Shown: positions 8,284 through 19,351, counted from the stretch's first letter. The stretch is 40,120 bases of DNA from an uncultured delta proteobacterium (GCA_963761335.1 CAVXGR010000001.1:1-40120), one strand, 5' to 3'. The notes: a model not told the origin generated them from the letters alone. A program made the numbers and translations.

Positions 8284-9852
8284 ATGACAAAGCGAACTGC
8301 ACCGCAGATGGCCTGGACTTTGGCGATTGCGGCGCTGCTGCTCGGTGCCCCGCCAGCGCGCGCCCAGTCGGCGGTGCGGCCGAACGTGATCATGATCATG
8401 GCCGACGATCTGGCCTGGCCATTCTACGGCTTCATGCGCGACATCGACCGCGCCAAATCGGATCCCAACGATCCGCGCTACGAGGCCCTGAAGAACTTCC
8501 CCCATCCCACCTCGCATCCGGAGTTTCCCCTCCCGGATGCCTTCGTGACGCCCAACATCGACCGTCTGGCGGCGCGCGGTGCCGTCTTCCCGATGGGCCA
8601 CTCCGGCGACTCGCTCTGCCTGCCGTCGTTTCAGACGACGCTGACCGGCCTCTACCGGAAGGATTTCGGCGCCAAGCCGCCGCATCGCGGTCGCGAGCCC
8701 TATATTCCCGAGTACCTCGCGCAGGCGGGCTATCAGAGCTTCGGGTTCGGCAAGCTCTGGCAACCCAGCTACGCCAAGGCGGGCTTCACCTGTGTGAAAG
8801 GCGCCTGCGACGTCGACAGCGTGCACACCAAGAGCGGCGGCCGAACCACGCTCACGCCGTTGCTGCGCTTCCTGCAGAACGCGCCGCAGCCGTTCTTCGC
8901 GTGGTATGCGCCCGACCTGCCGCATGCGCCGACCAACGCCGGCTCGCTGGTGCGCAGCACTCTCCTCGGCGGCCGCGCCAGTGGCCTGGACCTCACTCCC
9001 CCGCAGATTCTGAGCGGCGGCGAGTTGCGCCTCGAGGGGCTGTACGAGCAGATGCAGGTGCTCAAGTACGCCGTCAAGCTCTTGCCCACGCTCAAGGAAC
9101 GCGGGGACTATCTGAAGAACATCATGCTGCTCGATTACTGGGTCGGGGAGCTGCTGAACTTCCTCGAGGCGCCGGGGAACGAGGAGCTGAACCGCAACAC
9201 GATGATCATCTTCATGTCCGACAACGGCTACAAGCTGCCGAACTCGAAGCGCAAGTTCTCCGAGAACGGCGTGCGCACGCCGATCCTGGTGAGCTGGCCG
9301 GGTGCGGACTCGAAGAATCCGGAGATCCCGCCCGGGCAGGTTCTGCCGCAGATGGTGCATGCCGTCGACATCGTCCCGACTCTCCTCGACTACGCCGGCA
9401 TGCCGATCCGCACCTGTGACACCGGCGAGCCGGTATCGTTCCCGGCATTTGCGTACACGGGCACCACGGTGCCGTCGAGCGCGGATGATCCGTGCCTCGA
9501 GGGGCAGTCGATGCGGCCCTATCTTCAGGGCGCCGACCTGCCGGGGCGAAGCGATCTGCTGGGGATGTGGAAGAAAGGATGGCGGTATCTGCGCACCGTG
9601 CGCATGGAGCCACCCTTCGCGGCGCCCCAGGACCAGTCGCCGATTGCCTACCGATTGCTGCGCGCGGCGCCGCGTGCCCGGCGCGGCAAGAAGGCCTTCT
9701 GCAAGTACGAGCTCTATGACCTCACAGCCGATCCGAACGAGAAGCACGACCTGCTCAAGAGCGGCGAGTTCGACAACAGCGACCGCTCCCTGGACCTGTG
9801 GAAGCTCCTGCTGACGCGCTGGTTCGATCCCGGCGATTGCGTGAACCCGTAG
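8284..9852 (+). CDS. secreted sulfatase-like hydrolase (alkaline phosphatase superfamily)
   Basis: Signal peptide ending ARA; PNVIMIMADDL, TPNIDRLA, CLPSF..LTGLY, FMSDNG, VDIVPTLLD, ELYDLTADPNE. Confidence 0.88.
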   Translation: MTKRTAPQMAWTLAIAALLLGAPPARAQSAVRPNVIMIMADDLAWPFYGFMRDIDRAKSDPNDPRYEALKNFPHPTSHPEFPLPDAFVTPNIDRLAARGAVFPMGHSGDSLCLPSFQTTLTGLYRKDFGAKPPHRGREPYIPEYLAQAGYQSFGFGKLWQPSYAKAGFTCVKGACDVDSVHTKSGGRTTLTPLLRFLQNAPQPFFAWYAPDLPHAPTNAGSLVRSTLLGGRASGLDLTPPQILSGGELRLEGLYEQMQVLKYAVKLLPTLKERGDYLKNIMLLDYWVGELLNFLEAPGNEELNRNTMIIFMSDNGYKLPNSKRKFSENGVRTPILVSWPGADSKNPEIPPGQVLPQMVHAVDIVPTLLDYAGMPIRTCDTGEPVSFPAFAYTGTTVPSSADDPCLEGQSMRPYLQGADLPGRSDLLGMWKKGWRYLRTVRMEPPFAAPQDQSPIAYRLLRAAPRARRGKKAFCKYELYDLTADPNEKHDLLKSGEFDNSDRSLDLWKLLLTRWFDPGDCVNP

Positions 9853-9931
9853 AACGGTTCTCGGCGGCCAGGATGGCCGCGCTCCCAGGGGGAGTTTTTC
9901 GGCGGGTCCGCGGGTGCTATCCTTACCCGCG

Positions 9932-10261
9932 ATGAGCGAACGACGTTCGACGCAGCAGCCGGACGAGGCCGGGGTCGCCACCGATACGCGGACCGAGCCC
10001 AAGCTCAAGAAGCCGAAGATGTACCGGGTGCTGCTGCACAACGACGACTACACGACGATGGAGTTCGTGGTGTACGTGCTGCAGAGCGTGTTCCACCGGT
10101 CCGAGACCGAAGCGGTGCAGATCATGCTACACGTCCATCGCAACGGCATCGGCGTGGCGGGCGTCTATACCTATGAGATTGCGGAGACACGAGTGAAACA
10201 GGTCGAGGCGCTGGCGCGGGAGCACGAGTTTCCCCTGCGCTGCAGCTTGGATGAGGCGTGA
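9932..10261 (+). CDS. clpS: ATP-dependent Clp protease adaptor ClpS
   Basis: MYRVLLHNDDYTTMEFVV...MLHVH..G.GVAGVY..EIAE...FPL. Confidence 0.97.
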   Translation: MSERRSTQQPDEAGVATDTRTEPKLKKPKMYRVLLHNDDYTTMEFVVYVLQSVFHRSETEAVQIMLHVHRNGIGVAGVYTYEIAETRVKQVEALAREHEFPLRCSLDEA

Positions 10262-10262
10262 G

Positions 10263-12551
10263 ATGAGGATCAGCCGCGAGCTGGAAATCTCGCTGACACT
10301 GGCGGTGAACGAGGCGCATCGGCGCGGGCACGAGTTCATCTGCATCGAGCACCTGCTCTATGCCCTCCTGCACGACGCCGACGTCGCCGAGATCCTGCGC
10401 CAGTGCGGCGGAGACGTATCGGCCCTGAAGCGCTCTCTCGAGCAGTTCTTCGACGACAAGGTCGAGAAGCTGCCGCCCGGCGTCGACGTCGCCCCGCAGC
10501 AGACCTTCGGGTTTCAGCGTGTCATCCAGAGAGCCGCGGCGCACGTGCAGTCGGCGGGCAAGGACGAGATCCTCGGCCGCAACGTGCTGGTGGCCATCTT
10601 CCGTGAGCCGGACTGCTATGCCGCCTACCTTCTCGAGCAACAGGGCATCACGCGTCTCGACGTGATCAGCTACATCTCGCACGGCGTCTCCAAGATCGCC
10701 GCGGAGCCCGGCGACTCGGTGCCGTCGGAGATCGGCGAGGGCGACGCCGAGGAGGACGGCGAGGCCGCCGCCAAGAAGGATCCTCTGGCGCTGTTCACCG
10801 TCGATCTGGTGGCCAAGGCGGCGGAGGGCAAGATCGACCCGCTGATCGGGCGCAGCGCCGAGCTGGCGCGCACGGCGCGCGTGCTCTGCCGCCGGCGCAA
10901 GAACAACCCGGTGTTCGTCGGCGAGGCGGGTGTCGGCAAGACGGCGCTCGCCGAGGGACTGGCCCTGCAGATCCACAACGGCAAGGTTCCCGAGGCGCTG
11001 CTCAGCGCCCACGTCTACGCCCTCGACATGGGGGCGCTGGTCGCCGGGACCCGCTTCCGCGGCGATTTCGAGCAGCGCCTGAAGGGGGTGCTGGCGGCGC
11101 TGCAGCGGCAGCCGGGCGCCATTCTCTTCATCGACGAGATCCACACCGTGGTCGGCGCCGGCGCCACCAGCGGCGGCTCTCTCGATGCCTCCAACATCCT
11201 CAAGCCGGCCCTTGCCTCGGGCGAGCTGCGCTGCATCGGCGCGACCACCTACCACGACTACAAGAGCTACTTCGAGCGCGACCGCGCCCTGGCGCGACGC
11301 TTTCAGAAGATCGAGGTTCCGGAGCCGTCGGTCGAGGAGACCCACGACATCCTCAAGGGCCTCAAGGGCCACTACGAGAAGCACCACGGCGTCACCTACA
11401 CGCGCGGGGCGCTGCGCGCCGCCGCCGAGCTGTCGGCGCGCTACATCAACGACCGCCACCTGCCCGACAAGGCGATCGACGTCATCGACGAGGCGGGCGC
11501 GACCGTACAGATGCAGCCCGTCAGCCTGCGCAAGAAGACCGTGCGCAGCCGAGACGTCGAGCAGATCGTCGCCACCATGGCCAAGATCCCGCCGCGCAGC
11601 GTCTCCCTTTCGGATCGAGAGCGGCTGGAGAACCTCGAGCGCGACCTCAAGCTCTCGGTCTTCGGCCAGGACGAGGCGATCCATACGCTGGCTTCGGCGA
11701 TCAAGCTGTCGCGCGCCGGCCTCGGCCATCCGGAGAAGCCGGTAGGGTCGTTCCTCTTCGCGGGACCGACGGGTGTCGGCAAGACCGAGGTGGCCAAGCA
11801 GCTGGCGTCCGTCCTCGGCATCGAGTTCCTGCGCTTCGATATGAGCGAGTACATGGAGGCGCACACCGTCTCTCGCCTGATCGGCGCGCCGCCGGGCTAC
11901 GTCGGCTTCGATCAGGGAGGGCTGCTCACCGATGCCATCCGCAAGACGCCGCACGCGGTGCTGCTGCTGGACGAGATCGAGAAGGCCCATCCGAATCTCT
12001 TCAACATCCTGCTGCAGGTCATGGATCACGCGACCCTGACCGACAACAACGGCCGCAAGGCGGACTTCCGCAGCGTCATCCTGATCATGACCACCAATGC
12101 GGGGGCGCAGGAGATGGCGGCGCTCGCCATTGGCTTCGGCGGGCGCTCCAACGCCGACAAGAGCGGCAAGGCGATCGAGCGACTGTTCAGCCCCGAGTTC
12201 CGCAATCGCCTCGACGCCACCATCGCCTTCGGGTCCCTACCGCCTCCGGTGATCGAGCGGGTCGTCGACAAGTTCATTCTCGAGCTCGATGCGCAGCTCA
12301 ACGAGAAGAAGGTCTTCATCCAGATCACTCCGGCGGCCCGCGCCTATCTGGCCCAGAAGGGGTACGACCCCGCCTTCGGCGCCCGGCCGATGGCGCGACT
12401 GATCCAGAACGAGATCAAGCGCGTGCTCGCCGACGAGATCCTCTTCGGCCGCCTGCGCGACGGCGGCCGCGTCGAGATCGACTCCCGCGACGGCGATCTG
12501 CTGTTCAGCTACACCACGGCCGGCGAGCCGGCGAAGGTCGACTCGCCGTAG
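10263..12551 (+). CDS. clpA: ATP-dependent Clp protease ATP-binding subunit ClpA
   Basis: Two AAA+ modules ([16 protein letters not shown]), no ClpB middle domain, IGF loop, directly after clpS. Confidence 0.97.
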   Translation: MRISRELEISLTLAVNEAHRRGHEFICIEHLLYALLHDADVAEILRQCGGDVSALKRSLEQFFDDKVEKLPPGVDVAPQQTFGFQRVIQRAAAHVQSAGKDEILGRNVLVAIFREPDCYAAYLLEQQGITRLDVISYISHGVSKIAAEPGDSVPSEIGEGDAEEDGEAAAKKDPLALFTVDLVAKAAEGKIDPLIGRSAELARTARVLCRRRKNNPVFVGEAGVGKTALAEGLALQIHNGKVPEALLSAHVYALDMGALVAGTRFRGDFEQRLKGVLAALQRQPGAILFIDEIHTVVGAGATSGGSLDASNILKPALASGELRCIGATTYHDYKSYFERDRALARRFQKIEVPEPSVEETHDILKGLKGHYEKHHGVTYTRGALRAAAELSARYINDRHLPDKAIDVIDEAGATVQMQPVSLRKKTVRSRDVEQIVATMAKIPPRSVSLSDRERLENLERDLKLSVFGQDEAIHTLASAIKLSRAGLGHPEKPVGSFLFAGPTGVGKTEVAKQLASVLGIEFLRFDMSEYMEAHTVSRLIGAPPGYVGFDQGGLLTDAIRKTPHAVLLLDEIEKAHPNLFNILLQVMDHATLTDNNGRKADFRSVILIMTTNAGAQEMAALAIGFGGRSNADKSGKAIERLFSPEFRNRLDATIAFGSLPPPVIERVVDKFILELDAQLNEKKVFIQITPAARAYLAQKGYDPAFGARPMARLIQNEIKRVLADEILFGRLRDGGRVEIDSRDGDLLFSYTTAGEPAKVDSP

Positions 12552-12569
12552 ACGGCACGGCGCGGGCGT

Positions 12570-13703
12570 CTACTTCTTGATGGCGCTCTGCTCGCCGAGC
12601 CACTCGATCTCGTGGCTCACGGCCTGGCGCTCGCGGGCGAGGTAGTCGCGGACGGCGCGCGCCAGGCGGGTGTCGGCGAGAAAGTGCATGCTCTCCGTCG
12701 GACGCGCATCGAAGCCGCGCAGGTGCTTGAACTCGCCCCCGGCGCCCGGCTCGAAGCGGCTGATCCGATGGCGCAGGCAGTAGTCCACCGACTGGTAGTA
12801 GCAGACATTGAAGTGCAGGTAGCGCAGCTCCTCGAAGGTGCCCCAGTAGCGCCCATAGAGGACGCCGTTCTTCCTGACGTTGAACGTGCCGGCGACGATT
12901 TCCTCACCGCGGCGCGCCACCATGAAGCACAGCCGGTGCTTCCAGCGCCGCCGCAGCAGATCGAAGAGCGAGCGGTTGAGGTACTGTCGTCCCCAGTAGA
13001 GCTTGTCGATGGTGCTCTTGTACAGGCGAAACATGACGGGGAAGAGATCGTCGGGAATCTCGTCCCCGATCAGAGACTCGATGGCGATGCCCTGCGTCTC
13101 CAGCTCGCGCCGCTCTCTCTTGATCTGCACCCGGCGCTTGCTGCGAAAGGCCGCGAGGTAGTCGTCGAAGTCGCTCCAGCCGGGGTTGTGCCACTGGAAC
13201 TGGTAGCCGGTGCGCCGCTCGAAGCCGAGCGCGCCGAGGACCTCGACCTCTTCCGGGAGGCAGAAGTTCACGTGTACGGACGAGAAGCCGTTGTCGCGGC
13301 ACACCCGCTTCAGCGCTTCTGCCAGCATCTCGATCGCCGCTTTCCGATCGACGTCCTCGCGGGTCAGGAAGCGGGCGCCGCTCGCCGGGGTGAAGGGGAC
13401 GGCGACCAGCATCTTGGGGTAGTAGGCGATGCCGCCGCGCTCGGCGGCGTCGGCCCAGCCGTGGTCGAAGACGAACTCCCCCTGGCTGTGGCCTTTGAGG
13501 TACAAGGGACAGGCGGCGATCAGCTCGTGCCCCTGCCACAGCGTCAGATGCTGCGGCAGCCATCCGCTCTTGGCGCTGACGCAGCCCGACTCCTCCAGCG
13601 AGGCGAGCCATCCCCATTCGAGAAAGGCGAGTCGGTCGCCGACGAGGGCATCCCATTGCTGAGAAGCCACCTCGCTGAGCGAGCCAAGGATCTTCAGCTG
13701 CAT
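12570..13703 (-). CDS. FemAB-like GNAT family protein (DUF482-type)
   Basis: PLYLKGHSQGEFVFDHGWA, YYPKMLVAVPFTP, LYGRYWG, LHFNVCYYQ, FEPGAGGEFKHLRGF. Confidence 0.88.
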   Translation of the reverse strand: MQLKILGSLSEVASQQWDALVGDRLAFLEWGWLASLEESGCVSAKSGWLPQHLTLWQGHELIAACPLYLKGHSQGEFVFDHGWADAAERGGIAYYPKMLVAVPFTPASGARFLTREDVDRKAAIEMLAEALKRVCRDNGFSSVHVNFCLPEEVEVLGALGFERRTGYQFQWHNPGWSDFDDYLAAFRSKRRVQIKRERRELETQGIAIESLIGDEIPDDLFPVMFRLYKSTIDKLYWGRQYLNRSLFDLLRRRWKHRLCFMVARRGEEIVAGTFNVRKNGVLYGRYWGTFEELRYLHFNVCYYQSVDYCLRHRISRFEPGAGGEFKHLRGFDARPTESMHFLADTRLARAVRDYLARERQAVSHEIEWLGEQSAIKK

Positions 13704-13765
13704 CGGATGCCGGGAATCTAGCCGAGCGCGGCGGCGGAGACCATCCCGCCGCAGTGAAGATCCCC

Positions 13766-13807
13766 AAAAAGACAGCGGCCGCTGCCTTTCGGACAGCGGC
13801 CGCCGCT
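13766..13807 (-). terminator. intrinsic terminator after the Cys-rich repeat gene
   Basis: Minus strand GCGGCCGCTG-TCCGAAAGG-CAGCGGCCGC hairpin followed by TTTTT. Confidence 0.8.
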
Positions 13808-13833
13808 TCAGAAGTCTTGCCGGTGTATGCGGC

Positions 13834-15033
13834 TCAGCAGGTCACGGGCATGCCCATCGGCGTGAAGGTGGGCGTGCGCGCCGGCCGCGTCGGCGTCGGC
13901 GTGTTGGTCGGCGTGGGGGTCAGTGTCGGCGTCACGCAGATGTTGTTGATGCACATCTCCCCGTTGGGGCAATCGGCGCCGGTCTGACACGGGACCGGCG
14001 CGATGCAGGCGCCGTCGCGGCAGACGAGGCCCATCGGGCAGTCGGCGTCGACGCCGCACTGGCCGACGCACTTGTTGTCGAGGCACACCAGATTGGGCGG
14101 ACAGTCCGCCGTCGTCTGGCAGCCGGGTTGCGGCACGCAGCGCTCGTCGATGCAGACCAGGTCGGCCGGGCAATCGCTGTTGCTCTGGCAGGGAGCCGGC
14201 TCGATGCACTTGTCGTTGATGCAGACGAGGCTGCCGGGGCAGTCGTCCGTGGTCTGACAGGTCGGCGGCTCGTCGCAGCGGTTGTCGATGCAGACGAGGC
14301 CGGTGGGGCAATCGGCGGAGGTGTCGCAGGGCGGCGGCACGACGCACTTCATATCGATGCAGACCAGGTCGCCGGGGGGGCAGTCCGCCGTCGTCGTGCA
14401 GGTGGGCGGGGCGACGCACTTCTGGTCGACGCAGACGAGATCGGCCGGGCAGTCGGCGGAGGTGTCACAGGGCGGCGGCTCGACGCAGCGGTTGTCGACG
14501 CAGACCAGGCCGTCGCTGCAGTCGGCGTTGCTCTGGCACGGCGTCGGCACCTGGCACTGGCCGCCGATGCAAACCTGCTCCGCGGGACAGTCGTCGTCGG
14601 TCGTGCACGGCACCGGAGTCGCGGTTCCGGTCATTTCCGGGCTCATGGTCATCGAGCCGGTGATGCTCGGTGTCGGTGTCACCTGCATCTGCACCACCAG
14701 GTCGATCAGGGCCACCAGGTCGGCCGACGAGAGCATGCCGTCCCCGTTGACGTCCTGGTTCGTGCAGGCGCTGCACTGGCTGCAGAAGAGGACGGTGATC
14801 ATCAGGTCGATGTCCTGCGCGTCGACCACTCCGTCGCAGTTGATGTCTCCCCGGGTGTCGCAGGACACCGAGGGGCAATCCCCCTGGGCGGAGCCCGCGA
14901 GCGCCGTGGTGGTGGTCGGTGAGTTCAGGGACTTGAGCGAGAGAATCGCGGCAAATGCCGCAATTCCGATCACGGCAATGAGCGCGGCAGCGCGATCTGC
15001 AGTCAGCCTTCTCAGCAAGCGGCGGAATACCAT
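13834..15033 (-). CDS. exported/anchored protein: dockerin-like domain, Pro/Thr linker, 10 Cys-rich repeats, Pro/Thr tail
   Basis: N-terminal hydrophobic helix; GDINCDGVVDAQD and DVNGDGMLSSAD Ca-loop pair; tandem CxxxxDCPxxLVCIxxxC units; start 15033 or 15045. Confidence 0.85.
   Translation of the reverse strand: MVFRRLLRRLTADRAAALIAVIGIAAFAAILSLKSLNSPTTTTALAGSAQGDCPSVSCDTRGDINCDGVVDAQDIDLMITVLFCSQCSACTNQDVNGDGMLSSADLVALIDLVVQMQVTPTPSITGSMTMSPEMTGTATPVPCTTDDDCPAEQVCIGGQCQVPTPCQSNADCSDGLVCVDNRCVEPPPCDTSADCPADLVCVDQKCVAPPTCTTTADCPPGDLVCIDMKCVVPPPCDTSADCPTGLVCIDNRCDEPPTCQTTDDCPGSLVCINDKCIEPAPCQSNSDCPADLVCIDERCVPQPGCQTTADCPPNLVCLDNKCVGQCGVDADCPMGLVCRDGACIAPVPCQTGADCPNGEMCINNICVTPTLTPTPTNTPTPTRPARTPTFTPMGMPVTC
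13936..14607 (-). repeat. 10 intragenic tandem repeats of about 69 bp (about 23 aa, 4 Cys each)
   Basis: Units such as CDTSADCPADLVCVDQKCVAPPT and CQSNSDCPADLVCIDERCVPQPG, counted from the translation. Confidence 0.92.
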
Positions 15034-15117
15034 CAATCCTCTCATTCCCCTCTGCGGTCGGTCGAAAGAGCAAACGGGCCGCAGAGGCCCACGTTTACGA
15101 CTACAAGCGCGGCGCCG

Positions 15118-15165
15118 CTTATACGATCCCACCCCCGAGGTGTCAAGGAGCTTTTGCTATGACAC
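15118..15165 (-). promoter_or_regulatory. sigma70 promoter for the Cys-rich gene with an overlapping inverted repeat
   Basis: Minus strand TTGACA (15146-15141), 17 nt, TATAAG (15123-15118); GTGTCA-N14-TGACAC dyad at 15140-15165. Confidence 0.6.
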
Positions 15166-15267
15166 GGGTGGGCAAAGGGGCAAATGTCCGCGCCGGCATT
15201 GATCTTTTTGGCCGCAGTACGGCGGCGACCCCTTTCCCTGCGAGCCGGGTGGGGCTATAGTGCGGGG

Positions 15268-15543
15268 GTGCGTGTTTCCGAAGTCGAGGTGCGTCGCCTG
15301 GCCGAGCGCATCGTTGCCGCCGCCGTCAAGCAGGGAGACCTGCGAGCCAAGGCGGACGTCGGGGTGCTGAACCAACGGGTTGCCGGGCTGATTCTCGAGA
15401 ATATGCAGCAGGAGGCGGCGTTGGAGGAGGAGGCGGAGCGCATGGCCGACACCCACGCCCGCCGCATGGCCGGCATGGATCAGCGCCGCGTCGTCCAGCT
15501 GATCAAGCAGAAGCTGGCCGAGGAGCGCGGGTTTTCGCTCTGA
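15268..15543 (+). CDS. DUF507-like small protein
   Basis: (V)RVSEVEVRRLAERIV...EAALEEEAE...IKQKLAEERGFSL pattern. Confidence 0.75.
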   Translation: MRVSEVEVRRLAERIVAAAVKQGDLRAKADVGVLNQRVAGLILENMQQEAALEEEAERMADTHARRMAGMDQRRVVQLIKQKLAEERGFSL

Positions 15544-15559
15544 ACCGGAAGATTCGCAC

Positions 15560-15832
15560 ATGAAGTTCAGCGAAGGGCGGCAGTCCCACCTGGCTCACCT
15601 GATCGTCCGTACCCTGCGCGATGAGGGTTTGGCCGAGGTTGGCAACGAGCGCAACGTCCTGCGCGAGATCAAGCAGGTGCTGGGCGGTGCCGACAGTGTC
15701 GAGGCCGCGATTGACGCGGCAGCCCGGCGCAAGATCGAATCGCTGTCGCGCCGCGTCCCTCCCGGGAGCCGCGAATGGGAGATCCTCTACCGGCAGTACT
15801 ACGCCGAAGAGGAGCGCAAGCGCCGCCGGTGA
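15560..15832 (+). CDS. DUF507-like small protein (second of the tandem pair)
   Basis: MKFSEGRQSHLAHLIV...ARRKIESLSRRVPPGSREWEILYRQYYAEE. Confidence 0.8.
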   Translation: MKFSEGRQSHLAHLIVRTLRDEGLAEVGNERNVLREIKQVLGGADSVEAAIDAAARRKIESLSRRVPPGSREWEILYRQYYAEEERKRRR

Positions 15833-16018
15833 GGACAGGTTCCCGGGTTATCGGGGGGATGTCCCAAACCCGAGAGCTCGAAAATCCGAGAACTCGACAA
15901 CTTCCCGTAGTCGGGGATTTTGAAATGAAACGCGGTCAACTTCGATCCACCAAAGCCCCCGGTTCGTTGGAACCGGACTTCCCCAGGTTGCATCTGTGGC
16001 CGGGAGCTCGGAGATCAT

Positions 16019-16243
16019 TCGCCCCGGAGGGGCGCATGGCGTGTAGCCCCGGGTCGGAGACCCGGGGATCCCGAATTCGACATCCGTTGGCGCCCCGCCA
16101 GGGGCGCGGGCGCGGTTTTGACGCAGGCCTCCGCGCCCGGGCTTGCACGCCTGCGCCCCTGGCGGGGCGCATCGGGGAAGGCGGACCCGGGATCCCCGGG
16201 TCTCCGACCCGGGGCTACATGCCTGCGCCGCTTCGCGGCGCGA
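16019..16243. mobile_element. REPIN/MITE-like non-autonomous palindromic element, copy 1
   Basis: About 55-bp outer inverted repeats (16019-16073 / 16188-16240) containing GTAGCCCCGGGT..ACCCGGGG; inner 23-bp inverted repeats (16090-16112 / 16148-16170); second copy at about 30.2-30.5 kb. Confidence 0.75.
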
Positions 16244-16490
16244 TCCCCCAGCCCAAGTTGGGTTGTGGGGGATTTTGATTGGTAAGGGGAATTTGAAACG
16301 AAACGCGGTTGATCTCAAGATCCACCACCACTACTCAACTCCCCCCTCTCTTGACAATCGGCAGGCGGTAATTAAACAGTACCCCGTTTACAGGCCGCTG
16401 TGACAGCGGACGACTCTATCTCGCGCCAACGCAGTTCATGATTCTCGAATAAATTCCCCATGGAAATCGAGGAAGAAAGGAGCGGTTTGT

Positions 16491-18475
<1,985 letters not shown>

Positions 18476-18501
18476 TCTCCGCCGCGCACCTGCGCGGAGA
18501 G

Positions 18502-18534
18502 AAGGGCCGGCACCTCGTGCCGGCCCTTTTTTTT
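18502..18534 (+). terminator. intrinsic terminator after groEL
   Basis: AGGGCCGGCAC-CTC-GTGCCGGCCCT followed by a T-run; abuts the stop codon of the convergent permease. Confidence 0.9.
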
Positions 18535-19351
18535 ATGCGTCGGCGGTGCGCCGCCGGCGCCCGGCGGCCAGCGAAGCGAAGAAGAAGCTGCTGGCCAGCA
18601 GCACGATGGTGGCGCCGGAGGCGACGTTGAAGGCGTAGGAGATCACCAGCCCGCCGACGCTGGAGACGACCCCGAGCCCGACCGAGATCGCCAACATGGC
18701 GCGGTAGCCGCGGGTCAGCTGCATCGCCGTCGCCGCCGGCAGCACCAGCAGAGCCTCGACGAGGATGATGCCGACGACGCGAATGGAGACCACCACGCTC
18801 ACCGCCAGGGCGGTCAGCAGCAGGTAGTAGAGGGCCCCGGCGGGCAGCCCCGAGGCGCGCGCCACCTCCTCGTCGAAGGTGACGAAGAGCAGCTCCTTGA
18901 AGAGCAGCCCGACGGCGCCGAGCACCACCACCGCCGCTGCCGACATCAGCCAGAGGTCGCGCCAGGAGACGGCGAGGATGTTGCCGAAGAGATAGCCGAA
19001 GAGGTCGACCTGGTACGATGAGGACAGGCTCAGGAGCAGCACTCCCAGGCCCATCGCCGTCGAGAACATCACGCCGATGGCGGTGTCCTCCGCCAGTCGC
19101 CCGCGCTGGCTGACGAAGCCGATCGCCCAGGCGACCAGGACGGCGAAGACCGCCGCCACCAGGATCGGCTCGACCCCGAGGAGGACGCCGATGGCCACGC
19201 CACCGAAAGCCGAATGCGAGATGCCGACGCCGATGAACGACAGCCTCTTGAGCACCACGAAGAACGCCAGCGTCGCGCACAGCACGCCGGCGAGAAGGCC
19301 CGCCGCCAGGGCGCGCTGCATGAAGCCGTAGCTCAGCATCTCGCCGATCAT
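18533..19351 (-). CDS. Zn/Mn ABC transporter permease (ZnuB-like)
   Basis: SFIGVGISHSAFGG, GYLFGNILAV, GIILVEALLVLPAATA; multiple TM helices. Confidence 0.92.
   Translation of the reverse strand: MIGEMLSYGFMQRALAAGLLAGVLCATLAFFVVLKRLSFIGVGISHSAFGGVAIGVLLGVEPILVAAVFAVLVAWAIGFVSQRGRLAEDTAIGVMFSTAMGLGVLLLSLSSSYQVDLFGYLFGNILAVSWRDLWLMSAAAVVVLGAVGLLFKELLFVTFDEEVARASGLPAGALYYLLLTALAVSVVVSIRVVGIILVEALLVLPAATAMQLTRGYRAMLAISVGLGVVSSVGGLVISYAFNVASGATIVLLASSFFFASLAAGRRRRTADA

Noticed and set aside
10122..12029. Long antisense ORFs opposite clpA, and similarly opposite groEL, sppA, radA and bioF
   Set aside because: Expected in high-GC genomes where off-frame stop codons are rare; no motifs
14003..15202. 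Repetitive plus-strand ORFs (MQTR.../GQS... repeats)
   Set aside because: Antisense reflections of the Cys-rich repeat gene
15775..16403. ORFs within the first repeat element (and 30285-30722 in the second)
   Set aside because: Translations of palindromic repeats; no transposase motifs
16330..16490. CIRCE or sigma32 element upstream of groES
   Set aside because: No TTAGCACTC-N9-GAGTGCTAA; CCCCAT at about 16456 lacks a properly spaced -35; TTGACA at 16351 has only a weak -10
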